NCBI GenBank assembly: GCA_043228905.1
Contig: JBHGNT010000012.1
Location: forward strand, 19,592,001-19,656,000
DNA: 64,000 nt
Source of the DNA: Azolla caroliniana
Taxonomy: Eukaryota; Plantae; Polypodiophyta
Direction: 5' to 3'
Shown: positions 60,631 through 64,000 of the stretch, piece by piece
Layout: every line of letters begins with the position of its first letter
Numbering within the stretch: the first letter of the stretch is position 1
Position numbers and translations under genes: made by a program
The notes under the pieces: generated by a model
Told to the model about the DNA's origin: nothing
What the model saw: the letters and a program-made list of their open reading frames with translations, nothing else
Database searches by the model: none

Positions 60631-63600
60631 TGGTGAACCCGACGTGAAACAAGGTGGTAGAGGAGTTGAAGATGAGGGGATCAGAACTTGTCGAAGCCAT
60701 GGCGACAACCATTGATTGGATAATAAGTGCTCGCGAGGGCACTGGCGCCCTCGACAGGGCCATCGAAGTGATTGTTGGCACAATAGGCGGTTCAGTGGGA
60801 AGAACACCACGAGCTATTTAGAGGCCTACCAACCCGAGATGGTGATGAGGGACGTCCCGGAGGACGGGCGACTGGCCGGATTCCCTCAGGTGGCAACGCA
60901 GGGCATCCACACAGAGGTGCTCGAGGTACAATTAGGGTGTCGGACCTGGGGAGAATTCGAAGGTCGGCTCCTCGAAAAATAGGGATTTCATGGAGTGGGT
61001 GGAGACTCTTGGAAAGTGGAGGAACGCGTCGGCGCTCCTCCGCGAGTTTGAGGAATGCTTTGGCCGGCTCTCAGCACTGGACAGGACCGTGCTTGACACG
61101 AGCCATGTCCTATTGTTCATCAAAGCAGTGGACGTGCGGGATCAGGAGCAGGTGGGTCTCCTGCTGGAGACAGATGACGGGCTGACGGCCGACTGGGCTG
61201 TGGTAAAAAGAGTCTGCAGCCATTTCGATAAACGACATGAATGGGGTGACGAGGGTTCGTCGATGGCAAGACCCGTTCCAGCAAGTTTGAGGACCCTTTG
61301 CTGGCACGAAAGGAGGAAACCCGAGATTGGCTTGAGACGGGCTCAACCTTGACCGGCATGGTCAAGGCCATCCGGAGGAGCGGTTCTGGAAGAGCTGACA
61401 CAGATGGTGCATGACCTTTAGATCGTGTAGGCCCGAAGAGGCAATGGCGAACCGTCTCACGACTGGAGGCCTCCGGCAGCGTAGCGGTGCATGTGGTGTG
61501 ACGTGGTCGGTCACATCCGGAAGGAGTGCGCAGACTTCGTAGAAGCACTCAGGACTAACGTTGTGTACCTATGGAATGGGAGGGTGCACACTAGCAAGAC
61601 CCGAAAAGCCCTGGAGTTGAATACCGGACGCGACGGAATGAAGCGGCTGATGGAAGAAGCCGTGGCGCGACACGCTGAAGCCATTCACTACTCGGCATTG
61701 GCCGGAATCCAGGTAGGGAGTGACGACGGTAGCAAAGGGACGAAGGACTCTGGATTTTGGCCATCGGTGGTACGAAGCCTCTCTGGAGTAAGACTGAGGA
61801 AGGAGGAAGCGAACCGCGTAGAGAAGCAGATTCGGGAGGTTACCCGATGGGACGACCCGGTCGAGGAGAAGACCGGTTTCGTAGAAACCGCATGCCAGAA
61901 CTACGAGGTTCTGGTGAAGGACAAGAGAGCAGGCAAGGCCGGGGGAGCCGGACCTTCGAAATGGTACGAGACGTGGAGCGGACCGGAGAAGAATGACTCC
62001 GGTAGTTCCGGTCCGCAAGATCGGATGAAGCAAGCCGGTTACCGACTGGGCACCGAGATAGAAAGCTCCTCGAAGAACAAATCCTCGACAACAAGGTGGA
62101 GATGTCGTTGAGGGAGGTGCTTGGAATTTCAAAGAAGGAGTTCCACGATTCCATCGTGGACTTGGTGAAGCGGAAACGGTTCTCGATAGAGCTGGAACCG
62201 GAGAAACCCGTGGAGGTGCGAACAACGTACCCGGAAGACATGGCCCTGGAAGACGAGTTGGCGGAAAGCCACTCTTCGAGGTTGCACTTGGCTAGAGCCA
62301 CTATGGAGACCCCCATTCGGATCGGGGACGTCCAAGAGTCGGTGGTGGCGTTGATAGACCACGGTTCTGAGATCAACCTGATGTCTATGGACTTCTATAA
62401 GAAGGGAAAGTGGCTGATCAACACCAAGCACGGGTGGAAGATACGCACAGTGACGCGCACCACGGAGGAGCTGCGCGGGGCTTGCCCGAATGTACGTGTG
62501 AAAATCGGCGATGTCGAGATTGACCAACACTTCTTCATGCAAGAGACATCCTCGCACCCGGTGATACTAGGCGAACCGTATATTACGGCGGCATGCATGG
62601 AGACAAAGGTGTTGGATAACGGTTCGGCATACGCACGCATGAAGAACCAAGATGGGCGACACTCCATCCAATTTCTGACAGTGCAACCGAACCATGAGCG
62701 TAACCGCGAGACCCTCGGCGCCGATAGCCGAGGGGATTTTTAGAGAGGGCTATCAAGGCATGGGGCCGCGATAGTCAGGACACCCCGGAGGAACACCACG
62801 CGTGTACCATAGGTAGGACATTTTGGTTCTCCGACAACGGAGGTTGTACGATAACCGGCATTAGCGGCCGGGAAAGGAAGCGGGCAGAGGAACCTCTCAG
62901 GGCGTACGGTGTCCTTGGCCCCGACGAGGAGATAGGCAGCTTCGTGGAGGCAATCTCTTTCGATGACACCTTGGGAGAATTAAGGAAGGCACTAGAAGAA
63001 GGCCTCAGTGAAGACCGGACAATTCCGGTTTGTTCGGAAAGGATGTACGAATCCATTGTTGATTTCAAGAAAAGGGTCTAGTTGGATCAGACGGCCCGAG
63101 TGGATACGAAGTACAAGATTGGACCGGAAGGTGAGGCCAATCACGGCTCCCTTACCGGAGGGCAGCGAGGAACAGATGAAAGGGGTCGTGTCGGACCCAA
63201 GTTTGCGGAATCTAGCCGGCATAGGACACCGGTTCACTAACAAAACGTTACGGGAGCTCAAGGTCGGTGGGGGTGGCTTTCTACTGCCGGTGGAGGAGGA
63301 CCGGTTTCGGAGGATGCTCAGGAGGCACGGGAAGGCCTTCACATTCTCACCAAAGGAGATCAGGTGCGTAGACCCGATGATCGTTGAGCCAATGGTTATC
63401 TTCATGGTACTGCATGTGTCGTGAAATCTCAAGCCGATTCCAGTACCTAGAGCTCACATCCCGAAGTTGATGGAGCTGTTGAAGCAGAAGGTGGAGATGG
63501 GCATCCTCGAGCCGTCGAGCGCCCCATATTCGAATTGGTGGTTTACCGTGCCAAAGAAGAACGGCATGTTGCGTTTTATTCAGGCCATGCAGCCAGTCAA

Positions 63601-64000
63601 CAAGGTGACCATTCGGAATGCAGGAATCGGGCTGACCATTGATGAGTTCGCGGAAGCCTTCGCCGAAAGGTCAATTTATTCAGTCGGGGATCTGTACTCA
63701 AGGTAAGACCGATTCCAACTAGCCATAGAGAGCAGGGACATTACGACGATGCGGACCCCTCTCGGCCTAGTGCAGATGTGTACCCTACCGCAAGGAGGAA
63801 CCAACTCGGTGGCGCACATGGTGCAAATGTGTACCCTTTCCTCGGTTGTTGAAAAAAGGGCGCAAGTTTGAGTGGAGCGGGGAACATACGGTCGGTCTAG
63901 AGATTGAAAGAAGCGCTTACCGCGGCACCGACATTCCGAAAAGCGGTTTACGGTAAGGAGGCCCCGATTTACGTGACCGTAGATATGAGGTCAACTGGGA
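60631..64000 (+). mobile_element. Degenerate Ty3/gypsy element with tRNA-Trp PBS, runs off the window
   Basis: PBS TGGTGAACCCGACGTGAA 60631-60648 just after CA; gag (RFSGKNTTSYLEAY), knuckle CMWCDVVGHIRKEC, PR ALIDHGSEINLM..VILGEPY, RT GILEPSSAPYSNWWFTVPKKNGMLRFIQ..DLYS..LPQGGTNSVA, then connection and RNase H start (IYVTVD). 5' LTR start not identified. Confidence 0.9.

Overview
Eukaryotic, TE-rich land-plant genomic DNA (probably a non-seed plant; inferred, not shown) with one 100-N scaffold gap (52936-53035). Three host genes are reconstructable: a 6-coding-exon AP2/ERF 'Soloist' (At4g13040-like) gene on +, a 2-exon PRCC-family gene on -, and an intronless 673-aa tyrosinase of fungal rather than plant PPO architecture. 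The tyrosinase is the strongest candidate for horizontal transfer and has a decayed tandem copy of its promoter and 5' end. The rest is nested TEs: two full-length Ty1/copia elements with TSDs, a truncated copia, an L1-type LINE, Ty3/gypsy remnants, solo LTRs and a TG..CA insertion with a 4-bp TSD. One LTR element carries two large unknown ORFs in the env position. One tRNA-Trp-primed gypsy has an apparent -1 ribosomal frameshift signal between protease and RT. Also present: tRNA-like tandem repeats, a palindromic satellite with dimeric higher-order structure, a 72-bp fold-back and an orphan spliced acidic-repeat CDS. All family calls come from motif recognition by eye, without database searches.
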